From Gemmatimonadota bacterium (lineage in GTDB: Bacteria > Gemmatimonadota > Gemmatimonadetes > Palauibacterales > Palauibacteraceae): a stretch of 64,000 bases of DNA. Every line of letters begins with the position of its first letter. The first letter of the stretch is position 1. Below the pieces are notes generated by a model that saw only the letters and a program-made list of their open reading frames with translations, searched no databases and had not been told where the DNA came from. The translations under genes were made by a program, and so were the position numbers. Shown piece after piece: positions 36,881 to 48,104 of the stretch. The stretch lies in the NCBI GenBank assembly GCA_965116475.1, contig OZ220691.1:2016001-2080000 (forward strand), written 5' to 3'.

Positions 36881-38089
36881 ATGAGGAACGTCCGGAAAAC
36901 AACGATCCTGGCTGCTGTCGCCCTGTGGATCTGGTGCGACCCGGCGTCCGGCGACTCCCTTCAGGGCTTCCAGGTGCGCGACAGCGCGGGCATCGCGATC
37001 GTCGAAAACCGAGGAGATATCCCGGAGTTCGGCCTGCCGGGGCCAGCCACGTTGCGGCTGGGAAGACAGGACGGTCCGCCCGAATACCAGATGTTCCGCG
37101 TCCCCGACGCCGTGGAACTGGACGACGGATCCGTCGTGGTGGTGAGCCAGATCGAGCCCCTGATCCGGATCTTCGCCCCGGATGGCACGCTCCGGGCGCA
37201 CTTCGGGTCTCTCGGCGAAGGACCGCGCGAATTCGGTCTCCCGCAGAGGGTGTGGAAGGCGGGGGCGGACTCCCTCGTCATCTATGACTGGCGCAATCGA
37301 CGGCTCGCCTACTGGACCGCGGGCGGGAGCTTCCTCTCGGTGAACCCGATGCGCCCGCTCCCGGCCGCCCCGCTGCCTGGAGGGCGCTTCCGGGACGGGA
37401 GCGTACTCGTCACGAGCCTGCTGATGACGCGGGCGCGGGACTTCGCGTGGTCGCCGCTCATCGGCCTCCGCTACGCCGGGTCCGGAGCGCTCCGGGACAC
37501 GGTGTTCAACGTCCCGGGATGGCACCTCGGACCCGTCGACGTCGCGGGGGAAACGCGGCTCATGCCCCGGCACTTCGAGGGTCTGGCCGGTGCGGTGGCC
37601 CTCGACGACGCCATCGCGCTGGCGACGGGCAACGCGTACGAGGTCAGGATCCTCGATCCCGACGGACGGCCGACCCGACGGGTCCGCTGGACGGGGCGCG
37701 ACCGGACCGTCCAGCGGGCCCATGTGGACGCGGCGCGTGAGGAGACCCTCCGAAGCGCGCCCCCCGAGCAGCGGCAGCAGGCGGCGAGTTTCTTCGACGC
37801 CGCGCCGGCCGCCGAGGAGTTCGGTACCGTGTCCGGACTTCGCGCCACCCCGGCCGGCGGCCTCTGGGTGCAGGAGTTGCGCCGCCCCGGGGATCCGGAG
37901 GGCGAGCGCTGGCTCGCCTTTGACGGCGCAGGACGTCTTCTCGGCCGCATGGCGCTGCCCGCGCGCACGAGGCTGACCCGTGTCGGCGAGCGGCATCTCA
38001 TCGTCATCGAGCAGGACGAACTCGACATCGAATACGTCTCCCTCTATCCCCTCCCCCCGGAGTTGAGCGAAGTTGGAGGACGGACGTAA
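36881..38089 (+). CDS. 6-bladed beta-propeller secreted protein #6
   Basis: VRDSAGIAIVEN; GSLGEGPREF; DELDIEYV. Confidence 0.78.
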   Translation: MRNVRKTTILAAVALWIWCDPASGDSLQGFQVRDSAGIAIVENRGDIPEFGLPGPATLRLGRQDGPPEYQMFRVPDAVELDDGSVVVVSQIEPLIRIFAPDGTLRAHFGSLGEGPREFGLPQRVWKAGADSLVIYDWRNRRLAYWTAGGSFLSVNPMRPLPAAPLPGGRFRDGSVLVTSLLMTRARDFAWSPLIGLRYAGSGALRDTVFNVPGWHLGPVDVAGETRLMPRHFEGLAGAVALDDAIALATGNAYEVRILDPDGRPTRRVRWTGRDRTVQRAHVDAAREETLRSAPPEQRQQAASFFDAAPAAEEFGTVSGLRATPAGGLWVQELRRPGDPEGERWLAFDGAGRLLGRMALPARTRLTRVGERHLIVIEQDELDIEYVSLYPLPPELSEVGGRT

Positions 38090-38115
38090 GATCCCGGGAC
38101 GTGGAGCGCCACACC

Positions 38116-39330
38116 ATGCGGCACATCGTTCGCACCGGCCTGTTCGCGACGGCGGCCTCTTTCGCTGCGTACGGCAGCGTGCAGGCGGCGGGTGCAGGCC
38201 CTCAGTCGGTCGTGCGGGACAGCGCGGGCGTGACGATCGTGGAGAACGCGGCGCCAGCGGCGGACACGTGGCTCGGCTGGCGGATCGGGGCGGAGCCCGC
38301 GCTCTCGGTCGGCGCCGTCGAGGGCGACCCCGCGTACGAGCTGTTTCGGGTGGCGGACGCGACGCGGCTGCCGGACGGAAGGATCCTCGTCGCCAACACG
38401 GGTTCCGGCGAACTGCGGGCGTTCGACGCTTCCGGGACCCACCTGCAATCCTGGGGAGGGCAGGGCGAGGGGCCGGGGGAATTCAGCCGCGGCGCGCCCT
38501 CCGGGGTCGGGGCCTGGCCCGGCGACTCCATCTCCGCCTCCGACACGGGTGCGAGACGGTTCTCCGTCTTCGACGCGAACGGCGAACTCGGCCGCACCTC
38601 CCGGCTGCCGGATCCCTACCAGCGTCTGGTCGGAGTTCTGCCGGACGGAAAGCTGGTCGTCGTGTCCTCATCCGGTTTCAGCTTCACCGGCGGCGAGTTC
38701 CCGGACGGCCTGTCGCGGCGCGAGGTGGAGTACGCGGTCGTCGAGCCGGATGGCGGCGTACATTCGACGCTGGGCACGCATCCGGGCAGCGAGTGGGCGG
38801 CCAGCGCCGAAGACATGTCCGTCCGGCCGCACCCCTTCGGCCGCGATCCCATCTACGCCGTGTGGGGCGACCTGGTCGTGCTGGGCACGAACGACCGCTA
38901 CGAGTTCCGGGCCCACGCCACCGACGGCGCGGTGGCGAGGGTCGTGCGGCGCGAGCACGAGGCCCGGCGCCCGACGCGCGCGGATCTCGACGCCCATTTC
39001 GCGCGGCGGTACGAGAATCTGTCCGGGCCGGAGCGATCCGCCGCGCTGGCCGACGTGGCCGACATGCCGCTGACGGACGCCTTCCCGGCCTTCACCAGCA
39101 TCCGGGTGGACGAATTCGATCATCTCTGGGTCGAGGAATACCGCCACGCGGGCGAAACGCGCCGCATCTGGACCGTGTTCGACCCCGGGGGCCGAGTCCT
39201 CGGTCGCATCGAGACCCCGCCGCGTCTGCGCATCTTCGAAATCGGCCCCGACTACCTCCTCGGCGCCACCTACGACGAATTCCAGATCGAATACGTCCAA
39301 CTCTGGCCCCTCGCCCGCTCAGGTTCGTGA
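38116..39330 (+). CDS. 6-bladed beta-propeller secreted protein #7 (closest to #4)
   Basis: VRDSAGVTIVEN; EGDPAYELFRV; GQGEGPGEF; ends WPLARSGS as #4 ends WPLDRSGS. Confidence 0.8.
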   Translation: MRHIVRTGLFATAASFAAYGSVQAAGAGPQSVVRDSAGVTIVENAAPAADTWLGWRIGAEPALSVGAVEGDPAYELFRVADATRLPDGRILVANTGSGELRAFDASGTHLQSWGGQGEGPGEFSRGAPSGVGAWPGDSISASDTGARRFSVFDANGELGRTSRLPDPYQRLVGVLPDGKLVVVSSSGFSFTGGEFPDGLSRREVEYAVVEPDGGVHSTLGTHPGSEWAASAEDMSVRPHPFGRDPIYAVWGDLVVLGTNDRYEFRAHATDGAVARVVRREHEARRPTRADLDAHFARRYENLSGPERSAALADVADMPLTDAFPAFTSIRVDEFDHLWVEEYRHAGETRRIWTVFDPGGRVLGRIETPPRLRIFEIGPDYLLGATYDEFQIEYVQLWPLARSGS

Positions 39331-39360
39331 AGCTCGACGTCTCGCGCACCGCTCGCCATT

Positions 39361-39555
39361 TCAGCTGTCTGGAGGCCGGGGAACCTGGAGGTCTTTGCAG
39401 ATCTTTCGGGCGAGGTCGCGGTTGATCTCGTTGTGTCGGGGGATCGTCGAGACTTTCTTGGCCGTCCGGTTGATGTAAAGCGTGTGGTTCCCGCCCTCTC
39501 GCAGGAAGGCGCAACCGTGCCGTGTCAGGTGCCGCAGCAAATCCCGGCGCTTCAC
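39361..39555 (-). CDS. hicA: HicA mRNA interferase toxin
   Basis: MKRRDLLRHL..HGC..LREGGNH...STIPRHNEI....ARKICKDL. Confidence 0.9.
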   Translation of the reverse strand: MKRRDLLRHLTRHGCAFLREGGNHTLYINRTAKKVSTIPRHNEINRDLARKICKDLQVPRPPDS

Positions 39556-39773
39556 GCCGTGACGGTGATGGGCTCTCTTATGACCGTGCTGCCGCCGACG
39601 TCCTCGCGGGCCATTTCCCGGTTGGCTTCGATCACCAGGGTGACGGCTTCGCGAAGGTTGGACCGAGCTTCTTCGAGCGAAGCGCCCTGGGTGTTGGCGC
39701 CGGGAAACTCCTCGATGAAGGCGATGTAGCCTTCAGGGACTCTCCGGAACACCGCCGTGCATCGCAGGTCCAC
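39552..39773 (-). CDS. hicB: Short HicB antitoxin (no DNA-binding domain)
   Basis: GYIAFIEEFPGANTQGASLEEARSNLREAV; SD AGGAGG; GTGA overlap with hicA. Confidence 0.88.
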   Translation of the reverse strand: MDLRCTAVFRRVPEGYIAFIEEFPGANTQGASLEEARSNLREAVTLVIEANREMAREDVGGSTVIREPITVTA

Positions 39774-39944
39774 GACCGACCTCCTGATGATCTGGGTTTG
39801 CCAACGGGAGGGTGGTACGGCGCGTGGTGAGCCGCGGCCCCTGCCCGACCATGGAGAATAGGTGTTGCGGGTGCGGCGGCAAAGCTGGTGAGGCGGTATC
39901 TTCCCGCGCGAACTTCCTGATCCGAGGAGCGTAGCAGGGGCGTG

Positions 39945-42266
39945 ATGAACGGTATCGAGCGCGAGAAGGTCGGTCCGCTGACGCTGCGTCTGTGGGGGTT
40001 CCTGACGGCCCTCGCCGTGTGGTGCCTCTACCTGCTGACGATCGCGCCCACGACCGGGTTCTGGGACACGTCGGAATACGTCACGACGGCGCACATCCTC
40101 GGGCTGCCGCACCCGCCGGGGAATCCGGGGTTCGTCCTCGTCGGGCGCGTGTGGTCCATTCTCCTCGAGTTCACGGGACTCCCCATCGCGCTCCGGATCA
40201 ACATCCTCAGCGCGACGCTCTCCGCCGGGGCGAGCTTCTTCTCCTTCCTCGCCGTGGCGCGCATGGTCGCGCACTTCCGCGAGAACCGGCACGAGATCCT
40301 CGTGGCTTCGATGGTCGCGGTGTGGATCGGGGCCACGGCCTTCACCGTGTGGACCCAGTCGAATCTGAACGAGAAGGTCTACACGCTGTCGCTCTTCGTC
40401 GTCTCGCTCGTGAGCTACCTGACGATGCTCTGGGTGGACGAGGCGGATTCGGCGCGCGGGAACCGGCTGCTCGTGCTCATCGCGCTCCTGCTCGGCCTGG
40501 GCTGGTCGAACCACACCATGTCGCTGCTGCCGGGCCCGGCGCTGGCGCTCTTCGTCCTCCTCCACCGCTGGCGTGCGGCGCTCAACCCCCGCGTCCTCGG
40601 ACTCGCCGTGGCGCTGTTCGCGGTCGGCTACTCCGTGCAGCTCCTTTTCGTCCCCATCCGGTCGGCGCAGAACCCGATCATCGACGAGGCGGATCCGGAG
40701 TGTCCCTCGCTCGTCTCGGCGGTCACGCCGAAGGTGGTGGAAGACCGCTTCGGAAACACGAAGTTCTCCGTCGCCTGCGAGCCACTTGCCCTGTCGCTCA
40801 TCCGCGACCAGTACGGCCCGGGGCCGATCACGCAGCGCCAGGCCCCGCTCTCCGCCCAGTACGCGAACTACTGGCAGTACTTCGACTGGCAGTGGGCGCG
40901 CTCGCTGCCGCCGGGCGGCCGGGTCGCCGTGAGCATGCTCTTCCTCTTCCTCGCCCTGGTCGGTCTCTGGACCCACTTCAAGAGCGACCGGAAGACCTTC
41001 GTCTACGCGGGCACGCTCTTCTTCACGGTCACGCTGCTGCTCGTCTTCTATCTCAACTTCAAGTACGGCTACTCGCTGTACCTGGAGGAAGTGCCGAACA
41101 TCCTCCTGCACGAGGTCCGCGAGCGCGACTACTTCTACATCATCGGCTTCCAGTTATGGGGGATCTACGCCGGGTTGGGGCTCGTCGCGCTGTGGGGCAA
41201 CTGGACCGTCCAGACCGGGCAAAGGAGCGCGGTGCCCCCGGACCGGACGCGCCTGAAGGCGGACCGCCCGGCCGGGTTCAGCGCGCGGCACCGGAAGGCG
41301 GCGCCGGTCCTCGCCGTCGCGTTCGTGCCCTTCTTCTTCAACTTCGCGCGCGCGGACCGGTCGGAGGACAGCGCGGCCCGCGACTGGGCGTACAACATCC
41401 TGCAATCGGTCGAGCCGTACGCCGTGCTGTTCACGAACGGGGACAACGACACCTTCCCGCTCTGGTACCTGCAGGAGGTGGAGGGGATTCGGCGGGACGT
41501 GACGGTGATCGTCCACTCCTACCTCGGGACGGACTGGTATCCGAAGCAGTTGCGGTCGCTGACGACGCCGTGCGAACCGGGGGTGTCGGCGGCGGATTCC
41601 CCGACGACCGTCGTGTGCCAGCGTCCCTTCGACGCGGAGAACGCGGCGAGCCCCTACGTGGACGCGGCGGCGCCGGCTCCCACGCGCTCGATCATCGCCC
41701 TCAACGATGCGCAGATCGACGGGCTCGCGCCGGGGATCGGGGTCGCCCGGGACACGACGTTCCAGGTCTCGAGCGCGGTGACGGCGGCCGTGCGCGGCGG
41801 GGACTCGATCCTGTACCCGGACATCCTCGTGTTCCACATCATGCAGCAGTCACTGGGGGACCGGCCGGTCTACTTCGCGGCGACCGCCCCGCCCGTGTAC
41901 GGGAAGTGGGGGCTGCAGCCGCACCTCGTCCGGCACGGGCTCGCCTTCAAGCTCGTGAACGCGCCGCTGGAGGAGTCGGAAGACCTCGTGAACCTGAGCG
42001 AGTACATGCCGAACACGGTGTCGCCGACGTGGAATGACCGGGCGCGCACGGCGGAACTCCTGTGGGAGGTGTTCGAGGTCGAGGACGTGCTGGGGTGGGA
42101 GGAGTGGCCCGAGCCGTCCACGCAGTCGAGCATCCCGGCCCAGTACTACCTCGCGTACTACCTGCAGGGCATGACCGAGGAGCACCTGGGCGACGTGGCG
42201 GCGGCCGAGGAGGCCTACGCGCGCGCGGACCGCTTCGGGCTCCTGGCCGGACTCGGCGTGCCGTAG
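39945..42266 (+). CDS. DUF2723 / TMEM260-like GT-C glycosyltransferase
   Basis: APTTGFWDTSEY, LGLPHPPGNP, NEKVY, HEVRERDYF, TNGDNDTFPLWYLQEVEG.RRDV; multi-TM. Confidence 0.88.
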   Translation: MNGIEREKVGPLTLRLWGFLTALAVWCLYLLTIAPTTGFWDTSEYVTTAHILGLPHPPGNPGFVLVGRVWSILLEFTGLPIALRINILSATLSAGASFFSFLAVARMVAHFRENRHEILVASMVAVWIGATAFTVWTQSNLNEKVYTLSLFVVSLVSYLTMLWVDEADSARGNRLLVLIALLLGLGWSNHTMSLLPGPALALFVLLHRWRAALNPRVLGLAVALFAVGYSVQLLFVPIRSAQNPIIDEADPECPSLVSAVTPKVVEDRFGNTKFSVACEPLALSLIRDQYGPGPITQRQAPLSAQYANYWQYFDWQWARSLPPGGRVAVSMLFLFLALVGLWTHFKSDRKTFVYAGTLFFTVTLLLVFYLNFKYGYSLYLEEVPNILLHEVRERDYFYIIGFQLWGIYAGLGLVALWGNWTVQTGQRSAVPPDRTRLKADRPAGFSARHRKAAPVLAVAFVPFFFNFARADRSEDSAARDWAYNILQSVEPYAVLFTNGDNDTFPLWYLQEVEGIRRDVTVIVHSYLGTDWYPKQLRSLTTPCEPGVSAADSPTTVVCQRPFDAENAASPYVDAAAPAPTRSIIALNDAQIDGLAPGIGVARDTTFQVSSAVTAAVRGGDSILYPDILVFHIMQQSLGDRPVYFAATAPPVYGKWGLQPHLVRHGLAFKLVNAPLEESEDLVNLSEYMPNTVSPTWNDRARTAELLWEVFEVEDVLGWEEWPEPSTQSSIPAQYYLAYYLQGMTEEHLGDVAAAEEAYARADRFGLLAGLGVP

Positions 42267-42269
42267 CCG

Positions 42270-44576
42270 GTGGCAGCCATCGGCCGGATCGAGGGCGGGA
42301 TCGAGGGCCGGATCGAGGGCGGGATCGAGCGGGAGAAGGTCGGCCCGCTGACGCTGCGGGTCTGGGGGTTGCTGACGGCGCTCGCGGTCTGGGCGCTCTA
42401 CCTACTGACCCTGGCGCCGACGGTCGGGTTCTGGGACGCGTCGGAGTACGTGACGACGGCGCACATCCTCGGACTCCCCCACCCGCCGGGGAACCCGCTG
42501 TTCGTCGTCGTGGGCCGCGCGTGGGACGTGCTCACGGGGTTCACCGGCCTCCCCGTCGCGCTGCGGATCAACGCGCTCGGCGCCACGCTCTCCGCCGGGG
42601 CGAGCTTCTTCTGGTTCATGGCGGTCGTCCGCATCGTCGGGCGTTTCCGCGAGAGCCGGCACGAGGTGCTCGTCGCCGCGGTCGCCGCCGTGTGGATCGG
42701 GGCCACCGCCTTCACCGTGTGGACCCAGTCGAACCTCAACGAGAAGGTCTATCCCCTCTCGATGTTCGTCGTGGCCCTCGTGAGCTACCTCGCCATGGTC
42801 TGGATGGAGCAGGCGGACACGGCGCGCGGGAACCGGCTCCTCCTGCTCATCGCGCTCGTCCTCGGCCTCGGGTGGGCGAACCACACCATGTCGATGCTGC
42901 CCGGGCTGGCATTGGCCGCGTTCGCGCTGCTGCACCGCTGGCGGGCCGTCCTCAACCCTCGCGTCCTCGCGCTCGGCGCGGTGCTGCTCGCCGTGGGCTA
43001 CTCGCTGCAGTTCCTCTTCGTCCCCATCCGCTCGGCGCAGAACCCGATCATCGACGAGGCGGACCCCGAGTGTCCGTCGCTCGTCTCGGCCGTCACGCCG
43101 CGGCGGATCGACGACTACTACGGGCAGAGCAAGCTCGCCGTGGCGTGCGAGGCGCTCGCCCTGTCGCTGATCCGCGACCAGTACAAACCGACGCCGATCA
43201 CCCAGCGCCAGGCCCCCCTATCGGCCCAGTACGCGAACTACTGGCAGTACTTCGACTGGCAGTGGGCGCGCTCGCTGCCGCCGGGAGGCCGGGTCGCCGC
43301 GAGCGTCCTTTTCCTCTTCCTCGCCCTCGTCGGCCTCTGGACCCACCTGCGGAAGGACCGGAAGACGTTCGTCTACGCGGGCACGCTCCTCTTCACCGTC
43401 ACGCTGCTGCTGGTCTACTACCTCAACTTCCGGTACGGCTACTCGCTGTACTGGGAGGAGGCGCCGCTGCTCGACGCCCACGAGGTCCGCGAGCGGGACT
43501 ACTTCTTCATCATCGGCTTCCAGTTGTGGGGCATCTACGCCGGGCTGGGGCTCGCCGCGCTGTGGGGGCGGTGGACGGCGCCGGCCCCGGCGGGCGTCCC
43601 GCGGCGCCGGCTGCCGGCGCCGCTCCTCGCGCTCGGCCTCATCCCCTTCCTCTTCAACTTCGGCCAGGCCGACCGCACCGGGGACCGCGCCGCCCGCAAC
43701 CTGGCGTACAACATGCTGCAGTCCGTCGAACCGTACGCCGTGCTGTTCACCTACGGCGACAACGACACCTTCCCGCTCTGGTATCTGCAGGAGGTGGAAG
43801 GACTCCGGCGCGACGTTACGGTCATCGTCCAGTCGTACCTGGGGACGGACTGGTATCACAAGCAGTTGCGGCGGCTGACGAAGCCGTGCGAGCCGGGCGA
43901 GTCGCCCGAGGACGCTCCCACGACCGTCGTGTGCCAGCGGCCGTTCGATCCGGAGACGGCGGCGGATCTGTACGCGGAGTTGCCCGCGACGCCGCCGGCG
44001 CGCTCGGCCATTCCCCCGCCCGACACCGGGATCGACGACCTCTCGCCGGTCATGTCCATCCCCGAGGACTCGACCTACGAACTCACGGATCGGATCACCG
44101 GCTCGCTGCGGGAGGGTGACGTTCTTTCGGCGGCCGATCTACGCGTATTCCAGATCGCACGGCAGGCGCTGGAGGACCGGCCGGTGTACTTCGCGGCGAC
44201 GGCCAGGCCCGTGTGGGACCGATGGCGGCTTCAGCCGCACCTCGTCCGGCAGGGGCTTGCCTTCAAGCTCGTGGACGGCACGCTCGAGGAATCGGAGCAT
44301 CTCGTCGACCTGAGCGAGTACCTGCGGGACTCGGGGTGGCCGACGTGGCACGACCGGGCCCGCACCGGGGCACTGCTGGAAGACGTGTTTCTCGTCGACG
44401 ACATCCTGGCCTGGGACGCGTGGCCCGACCCGTCCACGAGGTCGAGCATCCCCACCGCGTACTACATGGCGCACGTCTTCCAGGGGATTTCCGAGGAGTT
44501 GGGCGGCGATCCGGACGCCGCCGAGTGGGCCTACCGGCGCGCGAACCACTTCGCCCGGCTCGCCGACGCCGACTGA
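42270..44576 (+). CDS. DUF2723 / TMEM260-like glycosyltransferase (tandem paralog)
   Basis: Same motifs (FWDASEY, HPPGNP, TYGDNDTFPLWY). Confidence 0.88.
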   Translation: MAAIGRIEGGIEGRIEGGIEREKVGPLTLRVWGLLTALAVWALYLLTLAPTVGFWDASEYVTTAHILGLPHPPGNPLFVVVGRAWDVLTGFTGLPVALRINALGATLSAGASFFWFMAVVRIVGRFRESRHEVLVAAVAAVWIGATAFTVWTQSNLNEKVYPLSMFVVALVSYLAMVWMEQADTARGNRLLLLIALVLGLGWANHTMSMLPGLALAAFALLHRWRAVLNPRVLALGAVLLAVGYSLQFLFVPIRSAQNPIIDEADPECPSLVSAVTPRRIDDYYGQSKLAVACEALALSLIRDQYKPTPITQRQAPLSAQYANYWQYFDWQWARSLPPGGRVAASVLFLFLALVGLWTHLRKDRKTFVYAGTLLFTVTLLLVYYLNFRYGYSLYWEEAPLLDAHEVRERDYFFIIGFQLWGIYAGLGLAALWGRWTAPAPAGVPRRRLPAPLLALGLIPFLFNFGQADRTGDRAARNLAYNMLQSVEPYAVLFTYGDNDTFPLWYLQEVEGLRRDVTVIVQSYLGTDWYHKQLRRLTKPCEPGESPEDAPTTVVCQRPFDPETAADLYAELPATPPARSAIPPPDTGIDDLSPVMSIPEDSTYELTDRITGSLREGDVLSAADLRVFQIARQALEDRPVYFAATARPVWDRWRLQPHLVRQGLAFKLVDGTLEESEHLVDLSEYLRDSGWPTWHDRARTGALLEDVFLVDDILAWDAWPDPSTRSSIPTAYYMAHVFQGISEELGGDPDAAEWAYRRANHFARLADAD

Positions 44577-44583
44577 ACCGCCG

Positions 44584-45060
44584 CTACATGGGACGGATGG
44601 TGCCGAGGAGGGTGACGATCAGGATCAGGGCGCCGTTGATCGAGGCCACGATGGCGTTCGTCTTCCGGAACTTCACGAACGACGCGCTGGCCTCTCCGGC
44701 GTTGGCCGAGGCTTCGGCGGCGCGCGCGAGCCGTCCCGAGTTGGGGATCTGGACCGCGACCGCGAGCACGAAGGCGATGAGCCCCAGCACCTGCATCTGA
44801 AACTGCCAGTGCGGCGTGAGCCGGAAGACGCCGTAACCGCCCAGCCCGGCGAGGCCGAAGCCGGCGATCGTGGTCAGCAGCATGCCGAGGAGGCCGGGGC
44901 CCCTCAGCAGCCGGTGGCCGGCGCGATAGATGAACGCGATCACGTCGCGGTCGCCCGTCTTGTTGGCCCGGACGCCAAGGATCGCGAGCGAGAAGGTGAC
45001 GCCGAACCAGAGCGCCAGCCCGATCAGATGCAGAAAAAGCATCACTCCACGCATGTCCAT
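44584..45060 (-). CDS. 4-TM membrane protein (DUF2269/CopD-like)
   Basis: MLFLHLIGLALWFG start, four hydrophobic helices, ends IRPM. Confidence 0.7.
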   Translation of the reverse strand: MDMRGVMLFLHLIGLALWFGVTFSLAILGVRANKTGDRDVIAFIYRAGHRLLRGPGLLGMLLTTIAGFGLAGLGGYGVFRLTPHWQFQMQVLGLIAFVLAVAVQIPNSGRLARAAEASANAGEASASFVKFRKTNAIVASINGALILIVTLLGTIRPM

Positions 45061-45167
45061 GCGCGCAAAGTCCGGGCGGCGTCCGCGCGGGTCAAGAGAC
45101 CGCGCCCGGAATCGCCCGTGCGCGGGGCGCGATTGACGCGGGACGGGCCCCGGCGGCAACGTCCGGC

Positions 45168-46573
<1,406 letters not shown>

Positions 46574-46577
<4 letters not shown>

Positions 46578-48100
46578 CGATCGGTGGCGGCGGGACGTTC
46601 CGAACGGCGTGGCTGGCGGCGCTCGCGGTCGCCGCGTGCGCTTCGCCCGAGGGGTCTCCCGGCGGCGGAGACGCGGCCGCGGGAGCGGGAGGCGTCGCGG
46701 ACGGCGTCGCGGACCTCGTCATCCTCGGCGGCCGGGTCATGGACCCGGAGACGCGACTCGACGCTGTGCGCGATGTCGCGGTCGCCGACGGACGTGTCGC
46801 GGCCATCGCCGAAGGGGGGGTCGCGGGACGGGACACGATCGACGCCACCGGCCTCGTGGTCGCGCCCGGCTTCGTCGACCTGCACGCGCACGGACAGGAC
46901 ACGGTGAGCGCGAAGCTCCAGGCGCTCGACGGCGTGACGACGGCCCTGGAGATGGAACTCGGCGTGTACCCGGTGGCCGAATGGGTCGCCTCCCGCGAGG
47001 GGACGGCGCCCATCCACTTCGGGGCGACGGTGAGCCACCCGGGCGCGCGCACGAAGCTGCTCGCGGGCTTCGATGTCGGCCACTCCGTGATGACGCCGCC
47101 GGGCGAGGCCAGTCCCTTCGAGTTCGATGCGGTCTACGGCGCGATCGATGACGACCAGATGCTCGAGCTGAACGGGCTCATCGCGTCGGGCCTGGAGGAG
47201 GGCGGGCTCGGCATCGGCTTCGGCATCACGTACACGCCGGGCGCCTCGCGGACGGAGATCTACCGCGTCTTCCAGCTCGCGGCAGCGCAGGGGGCGCCGG
47301 CCTACGTCCACATCCGTGGGGAGAACTCGGGCGGCACGCTGGGGGCCTTCCAGGAGGTGATCGCGAACGCGCTCTCGACCGGGGCCTCGCTCCACATCGT
47401 CCACATGAACTCGAGCGCCGACGAGATGGCGCGCATGACGCTGGAGATGATCCGCGGGGCGCGCGAGCGCGGCGTCGATATCACGACGGAGTCCTATCCC
47501 TATACCGCGGGCTCGACGCGGATCGAATCGGCCCTGTTCGACCCGTGGGAGGGCCTCTCCGATGAGGAATACGGCCGCCTGCAGTGGTCGGGAACGCCGG
47601 AGCGGCTGAACGCGGGGAGCTTCCGGCGCTACCGCGAGCAGGGCGGCTGGGTCGTGATCCACGGGAGGAGCGAGGAGACGAACGAGTGGATTGTCGCCCA
47701 GCCCGACGTGATCGTGGCGAGCGACGGGATCCCGTACCTGTACCAGGCGATCCACCCGCGCGGCGCCGGCACCTACTCGCGGGTGCTGGGATACTACGTG
47801 CGCGAGCGCGGGGCGCTGAGCCTCATGGACGCCCTCGCGAAGATGACGATCCTGCCGGCGCAGCGCGTGGAGGGATTCGCCCCGGTCATGGCCCGGAAGG
47901 GAAGGGTCCAGGTCGGCGCCGACGCGGACATCGTCGTGTTCGACCCGGAGACGATCATCGACCGCGCGACCTATGCGGACCCGGCCGCGCCCTCCGAGGG
48001 CGTCCGCTACCTGCTGGTCGAAGGCACCGCCGTCGTGCGAGACGGCGAACTGGTCCCCGGCGTCTACCCCGGCCGCCCCATCACCAGCGGCACCCGGTAG
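46574..48100 (+). CDS. Amidohydrolase (N-acyl-D-amino-acid/D-glutamate deacylase family), lipoprotein
   Basis: PGFVDLHAHG, ESYPYTAGST, HPRGAGT, KGRVQVGADADIVVFDP. Confidence 0.88.
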
Positions 48101-48104
48101 CGCA

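Noticed and set aside
29881..39773. Integron cassette array or diversity-generating retroelement
   Set aside because: No attC-like sites, integrase, reverse transcriptase or adenine-specific TR/VR pair found.
39910..39933. GAAC-N16-CGTA ECF-like promoter before the first DUF2723 gene
   Set aside because: Overlaps the probable SD, differs from the duplicated motif, and could be chance.
42286..42333. IEGR (factor Xa site) repeats suggesting a synthetic construct
   Set aside because: Explained by 12-bp tandem duplication of the native GIE codons seen in the paralog start (MNGIEREK).
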